Below, one piece after another: positions 10,971 through 23,224 of a stretch of DNA of 64,000 nucleotides. This DNA is from Octopus bimaculoides (taxonomy: Eukaryota): contig NC_068987.1 of assembly GCF_001194135.2 (NCBI RefSeq), forward strand, positions 12,286,441-12,350,440, written 5' to 3'. Position 1 is the first letter of the stretch. The number at the start of each line of letters is the position of its first letter. The translations under genes were made by a program, and so were the position numbers. The notes under the pieces are model-generated. The model saw only the letters and a program-made list of their open reading frames with translations, made no database searches and was not told the origin of the DNA.

Positions 10971-12710
10971 AATTAATGAAGCTTTTTCCATTTTTTTCCT
11001 TTGGTATTTCCACAGCATCTAATATCTCCTCCCTCTATTAATACCCATTCAAATTCAACCTCAGCAGAATTTGAACTCACAACGTAAAGATGGACAAAAT
11101 GCTGCAAAGCATTTTGCCCCGTGTGCTAACAATATTGCCAATTCACCACTGCCTTTAATCTGTTTTATATTAGAAACTTGTTAAAATAATTATATAACAA
11201 CCATAAAGAATACAAACAATTAAATATTGATATTATTGAAATAATGTATAAAATTAATACAACTATGTTAATAACAAAACAAATATATTGTAATTGGTTG
11301 GTAAGTATGAAGAAATTGAATAAATATAGATTTTTATCAATATTTATAAGTATACACAAAATAGAATTCTGAATGGATCTCGTTTATTAATTAAGCATAT
11401 TCTAATTTAAAGCTTAGCAATATCTGTAGAATATGCTAACTCGATGTAAAACATTGCATGTGTTGCTGTAGATAAAACAAGACACATAATTATGTTTACA
11501 CACAGATAAACCCACACACATACACACATTATTGATCTGACTGGGACCTCGGGTTTCACCCTTAATGATTCGTTCAACCAATGAAGTTGAGAACAATAAC
11601 AGCTGGTCATAACTTCACAGGTTCCTACTCAAATCAATATCATCAATAAATTTCACTCTAGTTTATGTATGGAGTCCTACTGTGAGTAAATAATTTTGTT
11701 GTTTTTCAACAAATAGATTAACAATACCAAATAACAGCACCTGTTCCACTCTGTAAAGTGGTTGGCATTAGGAAGGGCATTCAGCTCTGCATACAGGTCC
11801 AGGGATCCAACTCTAATCTATGTATGGTGTTACTTGCTGTCAATAAATAAATACGACAGGGTCCAGTGTACTGACTTGAATGGCAGTCTCACAGGTAGGG
11901 GCCCAATTCTGATCTATGTATGTTATTTGCTGTCAAGAAATAAACACAACCATGACCATTGCATTGATTTTGCCAAGGACCTATTTACACCATTAAGACA
12001 GTGGTTGGGAACTGGTAAATTTGTTCAGCTAAGCTAATACCGAATGGTGAGACTAGCAGAATGAAAAGTCACATTCATGTTTGAATTTGTGTCATTGCAA
12101 TAGACAAAGAATGTGGACAAAAGAGATATAATAGAAAGTTGCATGGCCTGTGAATTGTAAACTGCAAAACGACTTGCTGAAGTTAATGAATGAGAAATTG
12201 CTTGTGACACTGATCTCCGTGTTCCACAGTCTGACCTGCAGATCAGGTTGTGGAGTAGGAAAATGTGTAAAGAAAAGCCATAGACAAAAAGAGAAAAGAA
12301 AAGCCAGAGCTGCTGAGGCAATGTTCAAAAGAGATGAAAATCTGTGGAAACAAAGGCAAGAAAAATCTCCAGAGAAAAGCCATAGTGAGGAAGAATAAAA
12401 AGGAAAATGGAAAGGTAGTGAGAAAAGTAGTATAGCAAATCAAAAAGAACATTGACACTTTCTGTTGTAACATGTATTATAACAGGCATTCTAGTCTACC
12501 TGACGAATTTCTCTTGTAAATGAGAATAAAAATAATTTCAGGAAATGGCAGATTAATGGTGAAATCTAGCTAAACAGAATTTCAGTCAATGTTGCATTTA
12601 TGTTGGCACAGCAGACAAGAAATGCATAATAGAAGGTGCATGCTTTATACAGAATAAGCTACAAGATAGCTTGTATAAAGAATAATAAGTAACTGAAAGC
12701 TACATAGCTT

Positions 12711-13051
12711 TCTTTTACTTGTTTCAGTCATTTGACTGTGGCCATGCTGGAGCACCGCCTTTAGTCGAGCAAATCGACCCCAGGACTTATTCTTTGTAAG
12801 CCTAGTACTTTTTCTATCAGTCTCTTTTGCCGAACCGCTAAGTTACGGGGACATAAACACACCAGCATCAGTTGTCAAGTGAAGTTGGGGGGACAAACAA
12901 AGACACAAAAACACATACATATATATACATATATACGACGGGCTTCTTTCAGTTTCCATCTACCAAATCCACTCACAAGGCTTTGGTCGGCCCGAGGCTA
13001 TAGTAGAAGACACTTGCCCAAGGTGCCACGCAGTGGGACTGAACCCGGAAC
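12711..13051 (-). mobile_element. SINE family A, 5'-truncated
   Basis: Reverse complement of the A consensus. Confidence 0.9.
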
Positions 13052-13146
13052 ATAAATCTTTAAAACTCCTTCAAAAACAACTACATAAAGTAAATGAGTA
13101 TTTTGATATTTTACCTACAATGGAATTTACTTATAATGCAATAGAA

Positions 13147-13700
13147 CAGTATTCAACTATTTTTTACCTATGGACCCCTTTGATTACTGTTTTACTTAGA
13201 TGGACCCTAATTGGTGTTTTAAAAACCCCATTGTATTTTTATAATTAAGTATAGGTGTAGGAGTGGCTGTGTGGTAAGTAGCTTGCTTACCAACCATATG
13301 GTTCTGGGTTCATTCCCACTGCATGGCACCTTGGGCAAGTGCCTTCTACTATAGCCTCGGGCCAACCAAAGCCTTGTGAGTGGATTTGGTAGACGGAAAC
13401 TGAAAGAAGCCCATCGTATATATGTATATATATATATGTATGTGTGTATATGTTTGTGTCTGTGTTTGTCCCCCCCAGCATTGTTTGACAACCAATGGTG
13501 ATGTGTTTACGTCCCCCGTAACTTAGCGGTTCGGCAAAAGAGACTCAAAGAATAAGTACTAGGCTTCCAAAGAATAAGTCCTGGGGTCAATTTGCTCGAC
13601 TAAAAGGCGATGCTCTAGCATGGCCGCAGTCAAATGACTGAAACAAGTAAAAGAGTAAAAGAGTATTATTAGGGATTGTAAAAAAAAGAAATTGTTAAAA
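13147..13700 (-). mobile_element. hAT (Charlie-like) MITE remnant interrupted by a SINE A
   Basis: 13147-13250 and 13664-13685 join into the reverse complement of 35294-35426. Confidence 0.55.
13254..13663 (+). mobile_element. SINE family A, full length
   Basis: Complete head-to-tail match. Confidence 0.9.
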
Positions 13701-13999
13701 TATTATGGGTATTGTAGAAGTGTAACTAATTTATTGCACATGAATGCTAACAACAAAATCTTGTAAGAACTCTAGTTGAGAAAAACTGCAATAGAATAAT
13801 TAACATGGTAGCTGAATATCAAAAAATGTTCACAGCAAAGTTCAGAAATCAAGACAAGAATTATAGTTCATCCTCACTCACCTTCGTCTATATAAAGAAT
13901 AAAAATAATTCTCATATTTCCTTAACTTCTTGGCATTAGAACCAGTTATAAAAAATCTATGCAAATTTCCTACTTTACAACTAATACAAACTATTTTAA

Positions 14000-14760
14000 A
14001 GTAGGGTAAGGCTAGATAAGACCGAGAAAAATAGTCTTGAATAGCATGTACGTTTTTTTCTTTTTTCTTTTATTTTTATTAACAGGTAATCAAGCGAAGG
14101 TTATAATTTTAAAATATAATAAATGATTAAGGACCAGAAGTAGATTAACATTAAAATAAGGTATAAGAAATAAAATACTTTCCACTATATATTTATTGAT
14201 GCATATACAAAGAAAGGTGTGGCTAAATTATAAGCACATGATTCACGCAACATATGAAGTGGATTGTTTGAACAAAGTGTTATTTTAGGCAGACATAAGG
14301 AAGATAAAGAAAAAAATAAAAAGGATGTGTGTAAACAAACAAATTGGTCATTGTCAAGAAATTTGCCCTTATTTATTCAAGCTAAGATCTGTAATGTTTT
14401 AATGATGTAATAACGACAATAAAATGAATGTTTTAGAAAGAGTCTATGAACTATGCAATAGCTGATATAAGCAGGAAACAAACATATGCATAGGTTTTTA
14501 AGAGCTGGTATTTCCAGTATTGAAACGCAATATCTATACAGTATTGTTTAACTGGACAGCCTCATTGAAAGAACTTTGCTCTTTTCTTTTCATATTTCAA
14601 AAAAGATCCATATTCTGTAATCAAATATCCAACAGCTATTCTGATGCCATGAGTTCAAAAAGTTTTGATATGATACAGACACAAACAGTTATCTTTGTAT
14701 CAAGTAGAAGAGTTTTAAAAACTTACAACACCTGCTGCTGACCCTCTCCATGACCAGACA
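14000..14760 (+). pseudogene. Possible pogo-like transposon 5' fossil
   Basis: GGGTAAGGCTAGATAAGACC TIR-like start. Frameshifted peptides KESMNYAIADISR / MHRFLRA / YPTAILMP.VQKVLI.Y resemble the pogo HTH_psq plus CENP-B region from memory. Confidence 0.3.
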
Positions 14761-14924
14761 TATATTTTCTCAGAAAATTGTAAGCAGATGACACTGCTTG
14801 TATATCAGGAGATAGTAACATACACACACACACACACACACATGGTGGGCTTCTTTCAGTTTACATCAAAGCCTAGTTAGCCCAGGGTTATAGTGGAAGA
14901 CACTTGCCCAAGAAAAATACTGAT

Positions 14925-15168
14925 GATGATGATGATGATGATGATCATGATCGTTGTCATCATCATCATCATTTTAATGCCCATTTTCCATGCTGGCATG
15001 GGTTGGACAGTTTCACAAGAACAGGCAAGTCTGAAGATGACACCTACCGAGTCTTGGTCATTGTCTCCATGAAGCCCAACACTCGAAAGGAACTTGGCCA
15101 CTTTGCCTCCATGAGGCCAAACGCTCAAGAGGAACTCAGCCACCCCTCTGTGAGGCCTGCTCGTGAGT
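14925..15168 (-). mobile_element. RTE-tail variant with about 40-bp internal repeats
   Basis: Ends in CCAACCCATGCCAGCATGGAAAATGGGCATTAAAA(TGA)n like family C, but its upstream body differs. Confidence 0.65.
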
Positions 15169-15655
15169 AAATATACTTCATAACTTACAAGTGTTTTGCA
15201 AACTAGTATGGCTAAGCTCAGATGCTCCCACTGGGACTAATCTACAGCTGGGTGGACAAGAACAAGAGTAACATGAAATGAAAGGTTTTAATAAAAATAA
15301 AAAAAAAAGCAAAGCACAATGCACCACTTCGTCTAGGAATTGAAACCACTATCTTATGGTTCATGAGTGCAATACTCTAACCAATAAGCCATGCACCTAG
15401 TAGTTAGGGTGTGAAACACATTTCTATAATAAACATTTATAAATTTAACGTGTTTTGAATTAAAATATCTTGTCTAATTTAGAGAGAAAAGAAAAGGAAA
15501 AAACAGTTTTCTAGATATCACTGGTATCTTTTCATGTCCATTTCAAGCAATATTTGAGATATGTTGGGTAAACAATATGTATGTTAATCTATTGTCACAT
15601 AAAATTCTCTCTTTTAAATCTTGCAAGACCAGTTTTTTTTTTGTGTTTTTATATA

Positions 15656-15690
<35 letters not shown>

Positions 15691-16125
15691 NNNNNNNNNN
15701 NNNNNNNNNNNNNNNNNNNNNNNNNNNNNNNNNNNNNNNNNNNNNNNNNNNNNNNNNNNNNNNNNNNNNNNNNNNNNNNNNNNNNNNNNNNNNNNNNNNN
15801 NNNNNNNNNNNNNNNNNNNNNNNNNNNNNNNNNNNNNNNNNNNNNNNNNNNNNNNNNNNNNNNNNNNNNNNNNNNNNNNNNNNNNNNNNNNNNNNNNNNN
15901 NNNNNNNNNNNNNNNNNNNNNNNNNNNNNNNNNNNNNNNNNNNNNNNNNNNNNNNNNNNNNNNNNNNNNNNNNNNNNNNNNNNNNNNNNNNNNTTATACA
16001 TCCAGTTAAAACCAATGACAAATTATAAGGAAAATAAAAATAAGTTTTTTTTTTCAGTTTCCTGTGCTGAAGATATCCTTGTCTATTAAGGATTAGTAAA
16101 AATAACAAAAAGGAAAAAAAGTAAA

Positions 16126-16580
16126 TCATCATCATCATTTAACGTCCGCTTTCCATGCTAGCATGGGTTGGACGATTTGACTGAGGACTGGTGAACCAGA
16201 TGGCTACACCAGCCTCCAATCTGATCTGGCAGAGTTTCTACAGCTGGATGCCCTTCCTAACACCAACCACTCTGAGAGTGTAGTGGGTGCTTTATGTGCC
16301 ACCGGCACGAGAGCCAGTCACACAGTACTGGCAACGGCCATGCTCAAAAAGGTGTTTTTTAGATGCCACCTGCACGGGGGCCAGTCCAGTGGCACTGGCA
16401 ATGACCTCGCTCGAATGATTTTCTAATGTGCCATGACCACAAGTGCTACAAGCCGACTCTGGTAACGATTATGCTCAAATGGTGCTATTTATGGGCCACT
16501 AGCATGGAAGCCAGACAGCTGCTCTGGCAATGAACACGCTCGGACAGTGCTGTTAGTGCTCCACTGGCACAGGTGCCAGA
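16126..16580 (-). mobile_element. RTE-tail family C with internal array of about 60-bp units (16290-16580)
   Basis: (CAT)nTTAACGTCCGCTTTCCATGC..GGATGCCCTTCCTAA; 4-5 degenerate units beginning TTTATGTGCCAC. Confidence 0.85.
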
Positions 16581-17677
16581 AATAGATAAATACACAAGAG
16601 AAAGTAATAACAGAAATTTGATAGTTATTAAGGCATTTTGTTATCATGTTTTTGTTGAAATACACTTTGTTTCAACTAATTTTGAAAATGATACAGAATT
16701 TAGTAAAATATATTTGTGGTTAAACTTGTGTTAAGAATAAATTAATGTACGTGCAGATGTAGCTGTGTTGTTAAAAAAGTTTGCTTCCCAACCACAAGGT
16801 TTTGGGTTCAGTCCCACTGCGTGGCACCTTGGGCATGTGTCTTCTAATATAGCGTTGGGCCAACCGAATCCTTGTGAGTGGATTTGGTAGACAGAAACTG
16901 AAAGAAGCCCACTGTTTACATACATAAATATGTACATGCATATATGTATACAAACATACATACATACATATGTACACTCCCCGATTGCTAGATCATGAGT
17001 TCAATTCCCAGACTGGATGGTGTGTTGTGTTCTTGAGCAAAACACTTCATTTCAGCTTGCTCTATGGGTGGAGGAGTGGCAGAATTACTGACATTTCAGC
17101 AGAAGTGCTTTAAGGTATATCTTTCAGCTTTCTTCATTCTGAGTTCAAATCCTACCTGTCTGGAGAAGGATTCGGGAAACCACTTCAGTATTCACCCCAA
17201 GTTTTCTCATGGTAGTCAAAGTTCCAGTAATCTATATATATATATATATATATATTGATATATATTGTATCTTTTATATGCCATCATATACAGTATTATC
17301 TCTATACAAAGAAATGTTTAACTTAGTTTGCAACTGTATCAAATATTGTAGAAAAAAGAAAGGATAAAAATAAATACTACAAATGAATGTTATGTCAAAC
17401 AACAGGTTTTCAATATTGTTTATGGGAGATGTTCTTCTTTAACCTATATGTTTATTGAAATGGAAGTTCTTAAACTAACTATGACCTTAAATACACTGTT
17501 GCTAAATCACAGATGCTTGATGCCTTCCTGCATAATAGGAAACTTGTCAGTCAGGTTAAATGTGTTGTCACCTGCATAATGAAACAAATGTTATATTGAA
17601 ATTCAACTTGGAAACTTTGATTCAGAATCCATGGGATGTGAAATCTAATACTCAAATGTACAGAATAATAATAATAA

Positions 17678-17719
<42 letters not shown>

Positions 17720-17720
<1 letters not shown>

Positions 17721-18100
17721 CGTCGTCATTTAGCATCTGCTTTCCATACTGGCATGGGTTAGATGTTTCACTGAAAGAAGTAAGCTGGAGAGCTGTACCA
17801 GGTTCCAGTCTGTTGTGGTATGGTTTCTATGGCTGGATGTCCTTCCTAATGCTAATCACTCCAAGAGTATAGTGGGTGCCTTTTTATGTGTCACTGGCAC
17901 AGGTGGCTTTTACATGTTACTAGCATGGGTGCCTTTTATGTATCACTGGCACAGGTGCCTTTTTTATGTGTCACCAGCACAGGTGCCCTTTACTTGTTAC
18001 TGGCATGACTGCATTAATGTGTCACCAGTATGGATGCATTTTATGTGCCACCAACACGAGTGCCTTTCACATGTCACTGGTACAGGTGCCAGTGACACAA
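17720..18100 (-). mobile_element. RTE-tail family C with internal array of about 25-bp units (17878-18095)
   Basis: About 9 units of TTTTATGTGTCACTGGCACAGGTGC; tail expanded to (TAG)n/(TAA)n at 17665-17719. Confidence 0.8.
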
Positions 18101-18130
18101 AAAGCAAAACACAAGCAGACACAAGAATAA

Positions 18131-18257
18131 GTGTGTGGTAAGAAGTTTGCTTCTCAACCACCATGGTTCTGGGTAAGTGTCTTCTGTTATAACCCTAGGC
18201 TGACCAAAGCCTTCTGTGTGGATTTGGAAGACAGAAACTGAAAGAAGCCCATTGCAT

Positions 18258-18288
<31 letters not shown>

Positions 18289-18552
18289 GCATGTATGTAT
18301 GAATGTATATATACACACACACATACAGAAATATGTATGTGTATGTCTGTGTTTGTTCCCCATCACTGGTTGTCAACCAGTGTTGGTTTGTTTATGTCTG
18401 CATCGCTTAGCAGTTTGATCAAAATTGACCAATACAGTAAGTTACAGGGTTAAAAATATAAGTACTAGGGTCAATCCATTCAACTAAAACTCTGCAAGGT
18501 GGCGCTCCATCATGGCCACAGTCCAATGACTGAAACAAATGAAGATAAAAGA
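18131..18552 (+). mobile_element. SINE family A, older copy
   Basis: Head fragment, TATG tract and tail. Confidence 0.75.
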
Positions 18553-18797
18553 TTTAATTTATGTTAATTTATTCAGCGTCCTGAACATAAGACAATCTCA
18601 AAAGAAAAACCATTCTAATTCTTCATGAAATTCAGTTACAAAATTTATATAAGCTTAATCTGTAAGATCAAATCATTCACCCAAAATACTCACTAATTAC
18701 CTCTTTGATCTTTATTCATTCAGCTTTATTCATATCTGTGGTGGTAGCCATATCACGATCATTCATTTGACAGATATAGACTTCTTTTTGTCTTTAA

Positions 18798-19016
18798 CCC
18801 TGTAGCAGTAAAACCGGCCATATCTGACCCAAATATTTTATCTGTTTTAGTTCAGACCAACCAGATCTTATCTTTCACACCCATCCTACAATGCTAGTCT
18901 AAAAATGCAATAATCACATTATTGAACTCTCAAAGCGAAGAGATAATGCCTAATTAATTCAAAACAATGTGAGCAAATACACTTTACATTTGACAGAAAA
19001 ATTTGAATACTAAGGG
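18798..19016 (-). mobile_element. piggyBac-type MITE, diverged
   Basis: TTAA|CCCTGTAGCA ... TACTAAGGG|TCAA; interior is the reverse complement of 8036-8262. Confidence 0.75.
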
Positions 19017-19364
19017 TCAATGTATACATCTCAATCAATGGCCACAGGTTACAAAAGTAACTTTATTCTTAAAGTCACATGGTTAAGTAGTTATAGACTG
19101 GCATACGTAGTAACACATAACAAAAATAATTGTCCACTATCGATTGAACTGGCGTTCAGAACATGCTGACGTTGAATGAAAAATTAAAAAGAAAAACCAT
19201 TTTGCACATTCACATGAATTTTTATTTATCTCGGTGAATATGAGATAAATAAAAGAAAAAAAATTGTTATAAATTTCAAACAAGATAGTAATGTTTTTTT
19301 TTTTGTTTCCTTTCCTCATCGGAGATACTGATTTAAGATCAAAAGTCTAAAGGTTGTTTATTTA

Positions 19365-20080
19365 ATTTTTTTATCTTCTATCTTTTATTAATTTCTGTCT
19401 TTGACACAGACTTGAAGGATTAAGGATTTAGTCAAACAAATCAACCCCAGTACCTGTTTCAAGTCAGGTACTTATTCTGTTAATCCCTTTTGTCTATCTG
19501 CTTATTTACAGGGATGTAAACGAATGAACACCAGTTGTCGAGGAGTAGCGGGGAACATACATAAAGACACACACACACACACATGCATGCATGCACACAC
19601 ACACACACGCATAGAGGGCTCCCACGCAGTTTCAGTCTACCAAACTCATTCACAAGACATTGATCAGCTCAGAGTTATAAGAAAACGCTTCTATTATACC
19701 AAGGTGCCACATAGTGGAACTGAACCTGAAACCAAGTGGCTGCAAAGTAGGCTGTTTTACCCACACAGCCATGCTGTCACAAGGTGGCTAAAATCATCTC
19801 TGAACAACAAGACAGAGCGAAGAAAACCAAACACAATATTTCCTGTGTCACAGAAGCAGTGAAGTGGGGACAAACAAAGATACGCATACACACATAGTAT
19901 ACATATATAGACAGATACACGATAGCCTTCTTTCAGCTTCAATCTACTACTCGCAAGGCTTTGGTTGGTATGAGACTATAATGTAAAACACTTGTCCAAG
20001 GTGCCACACAGCAGGACTGAACCCAGAACCATTTGGTTGGAAAGCAAACTTCTTACCACAAAGTCATGCCTGCACCTATG
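19365..20080 (-). mobile_element. Two adjacent old SINE A copies (19365-19780, 19845-20080)
   Basis: AAGGTGCCAC..GACTGAACC..CTTACCACA..CCATGCC heads in both copies. Confidence 0.65.
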
Positions 20081-21346
20081 TTTAACTATTTAAATTATAT
20101 TTAAACTACTTTTCTTAATCACTTCCAATTAAGTAATTTCAAGTTCCAGCACATTTTTCTACTGCAGTTATTGCTAACAGTTATTAAATTTGTAATGAGA
20201 CTAATTAACACTTAAAAACCATAATTATAAACCTTCTTCTTTATTGGTTGAGAAAACTATTTTTCTAAATCTGAAACAATTTCTAATAGCTGTCATTATA
20301 AAACGGAACAAGTTACACTGTCAAACAAAGAACCATATTTGATGGGATATAATATGTACCCTTTTTATCCCCCGAAAAATGTCTCAAAAACACCACCACA
20401 AGTCCTACATGTAAAGTTGGACCAACATTACTTGTACATGCTTCAATGTGCTAAAACTTTTTTCTAGAATATATGCTACTGAAATTGGGCTGTGTCTAAT
20501 ATGTTCATGTGTCTTTTATGCCAAACAAAGTACTACAGTAAATAAGTCATTTAACAATGTACCTCAGAGCAAATACTATTATTATCATTACTCTTATAAT
20601 TTAATGCCTGCTTTCCATGCTGGCATGGGTTGGATGGTTTGACAAGAGCTGGCAAGCCAGAGAGCTGCACCAGGCTCAAATTGTTTGTTTTGGCATAGTC
20701 ACTATGGCTGAATGATTATCTCCCTTGTATAAACTGTTGGCTGGGGAACACCATGAATTTTGAAAAAGCTCAAATAAAATCTACACATCTCTATATTCTA
20801 GAAAATTCCCCATAAATGAAGATAATTAATAATGGAAGTAAGTCTGAAAATACAGCTCAATGCTAAACTGAACCTCATAAACAAGCTGTGACAGTAACCA
20901 CCATTTGCTATTGGTTTAATTGCATGTTTATGTGAAAGTAGGTTGTGGTGTAAGATTGTTTACCTTATATGTGTATCAATGTGACTTAGTGCTATTCAAA
21001 AAGACTATGTAATCATGACCCCATTGTGGGATATTTTCACGATTTCTTTTCATGCATTGTGCAAAGTGTCTACATGCAATGAGTGAAGGAGAAATTGATG
21101 TCGGTATTATCTGTAAACACGTGACAGTTGGAATGCCAACAATGAACACATGAAAGAGATTTGGAGAAGAGAAAAGAGAAATGAAATCATGCATTGGTGT
21201 AATGTATGTTGTTGAGAAAAAGAAAGAGAGTGTGTCATGAGTATATGGTACAATGGAGCATTCAAGAAAGATAGGAACAAATTCAGGCATGAATTGCTTT
21301 ATATGAGGAAAGCACAGTAGTGGGACAAATCATTTTGCTAAATCAA

Positions 21347-21826
21347 CCCTTTAGCATTCAGACTACTCTGTCAAATGTAATGCTTATTTATTCATGTTGT
21401 TCTGAATTAATCTTGCATTATCTCACAGCTTCGAGATTTCGATGATGTGATTGTTTATTTCCTAGAACATTGTAGGATAGGTGTAAGAGGTTGGATCCTG
21501 GATCTGGCCAGTTTAAATATTAACTCTTTAGCATTCGGATTACTCTGTCAAATGTAATGCTTATTTATTCATATTATTTTGAGGCAATCATACATTATTT
21601 TGGAGCTTCAAGATTTTGATGATTTAACTGTTTAGTTTTAGAATGACATTGTAAGGAAGGCAGGTGCAAGAGGCTGGATCTGACCAGTTTCAGCAGAAAA
21701 CAGGTAGAATATTTTGCCCAGATATGGTTAATTTAAATGCTAGAGGTTCACCCCTTTAACATTCAGATTATTTTGTCGAAGGTAATGCTTTTTCATTCAC
21801 ATCGTTTTTAATTAATCATGCATTAT
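21347..21826 (+). mobile_element. Three head-to-tail piggyBac-type MITE copies (21347-21519, 21524-21746, 21751-21826)
   Basis: Each starts CYCTTTARCATTC. Junctions are single TTAA (21520-23) and TTCA (21747-50) tetramers. Confidence 0.8.
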
Positions 21827-21838
21827 CAAGTCACTACA

Positions 21839-22058
21839 AAGGCGGAGAGCAGACAGAAACGTTAGCACACCGGGCGAAATGCTTAGCAGTATTTCATCTG
21901 TCTTTACATTCCGAGTTCAAATTCCAGCGAGCTCGACTTTGCCTTTCATCCTTTCGGGTTCGGTAGATTAAATACCAATTGCATGCTGGGGTCGATCTAA
22001 TCAACTAGCCCTTTTCCCCAAAATTTCAAGCTTTGTGCCGAGAGTAGAAAAGAATATT
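21839..22058 (+). mobile_element. SINE family B, tail B2
   Basis: Complete head, middle and tail. Confidence 0.85.
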
Positions 22059-22149
22059 ATAATATTATATAATTTGTATACAATACTATAATAATAATAA
22101 ATTCATAGCATCCCCCAATTCACTGCCTTCCTCCCAACGCCTCCTTTTT

Positions 22150-22240
22150 CTCTAACCCCCCCCCCGCGGCACCAGCACCCACCTGGACCATCTCAACACC
22201 CGCCAGAGGGCAGCAGTGCCTACTTTGAGAACCTATGCTC
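22150..22240 (+). mobile_element. 3' end of a hAT (Charlie-like) MITE
   Basis: C-rich tract followed by TACTTTGAGAACCTATG, the reverse complement of a CAGTGGTTCTCAAA-type TIR. Confidence 0.55.
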
Positions 22241-22890
22241 TATAGCTTCTTATTCCTTGCAAGAGTTACAAATATCTTTAGTGTGGATATAACAGATGTG
22301 AGAATGGATATAACCTCAAGATGTTTCTGAATTGGCAAAAGAGACCAATAGAATAGACATCAAGCTTGACAAAGAAAGTACTGGGGTCAATTCGTTCAAC
22401 TTAAAATCCAAAGCAGTGCCCCAGCATGGCTGCAGTCTAGTGACTGTAACAAATAAAAGAAGATAGATATATTATCCTCATCGTCATCATCATTTAATGT
22501 TCACTTTCTATGCTGTCATTGCATTGACGGTTTGACTGCAGCTGGTGACCTATAGGACTGCACCCAGTTTTACTATCTGTTTTGGCATAGTTTCTATAAA
22601 TAGATGCTCTTCCTAATGCCAACTGCTTCATTTGTGCCATCATCACAAGTGAGGTTATCAAGCAGATGGCAAGACTGCTGTGATAGGAGATACTTGCCCA
22701 AGTCCTGTGAAGTGGATTTGAACCAGTGTCCTTGAGATTGCAAAGCAATCAACTTAGCCCTTATGTTATGCCTGTACCCTTACCACCTTTATATATATAT
22801 AATATATATTTATATATATATGTATGTCCCTTAATAGTTTCATCAAAGAAGCAAGAGCAGTGCTTTGTAGAAAGTTCGAGACTGGTTGGT

Positions 22891-22979
<89 letters not shown>

Positions 22980-23224
22980 CAACAGGACATGGTTTGCTGC
23001 ACAGGAAGCAACATGTCATAATATTGAATGACCCTGAAACTAGAATGCTGATCTGAATGTTGGCAACAGATGGGACTCACTAAAAATAAGTCTACTTCAC
23101 ATTCACACAGTTTCATGTCTGATTTCGCTTCCTTTTGATCTTCTACCATATCTTCAGATCAACAAAAGCTTTGTGAGTGAATTTTTGACAGACGGAAACT
23201 GTGTGGAATCCTACTGAATGTGTA

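Noticed and set aside
12150-12398. Lys/Glu-rich ORF, considered as a piggyBac or LINE C-terminus
   Set aside because: No diagnostic Cys or RT motifs in any frame; purine-rich composition explains it.
16290-16580. Regularly spaced repeats resembling a CRISPR array (also 17878-18095, 61060-61292)
   Set aside because: Units are degenerate along their whole length, have no unique spacers, lie inside a eukaryotic retro-element, and no cas genes are present.
21195-21270. Chromodomain-like read V*CMLLRKRKRVCHEYMVQW
   Set aside because: Lacks the downstream W-x-G-Y..SW motif; similarity too short.
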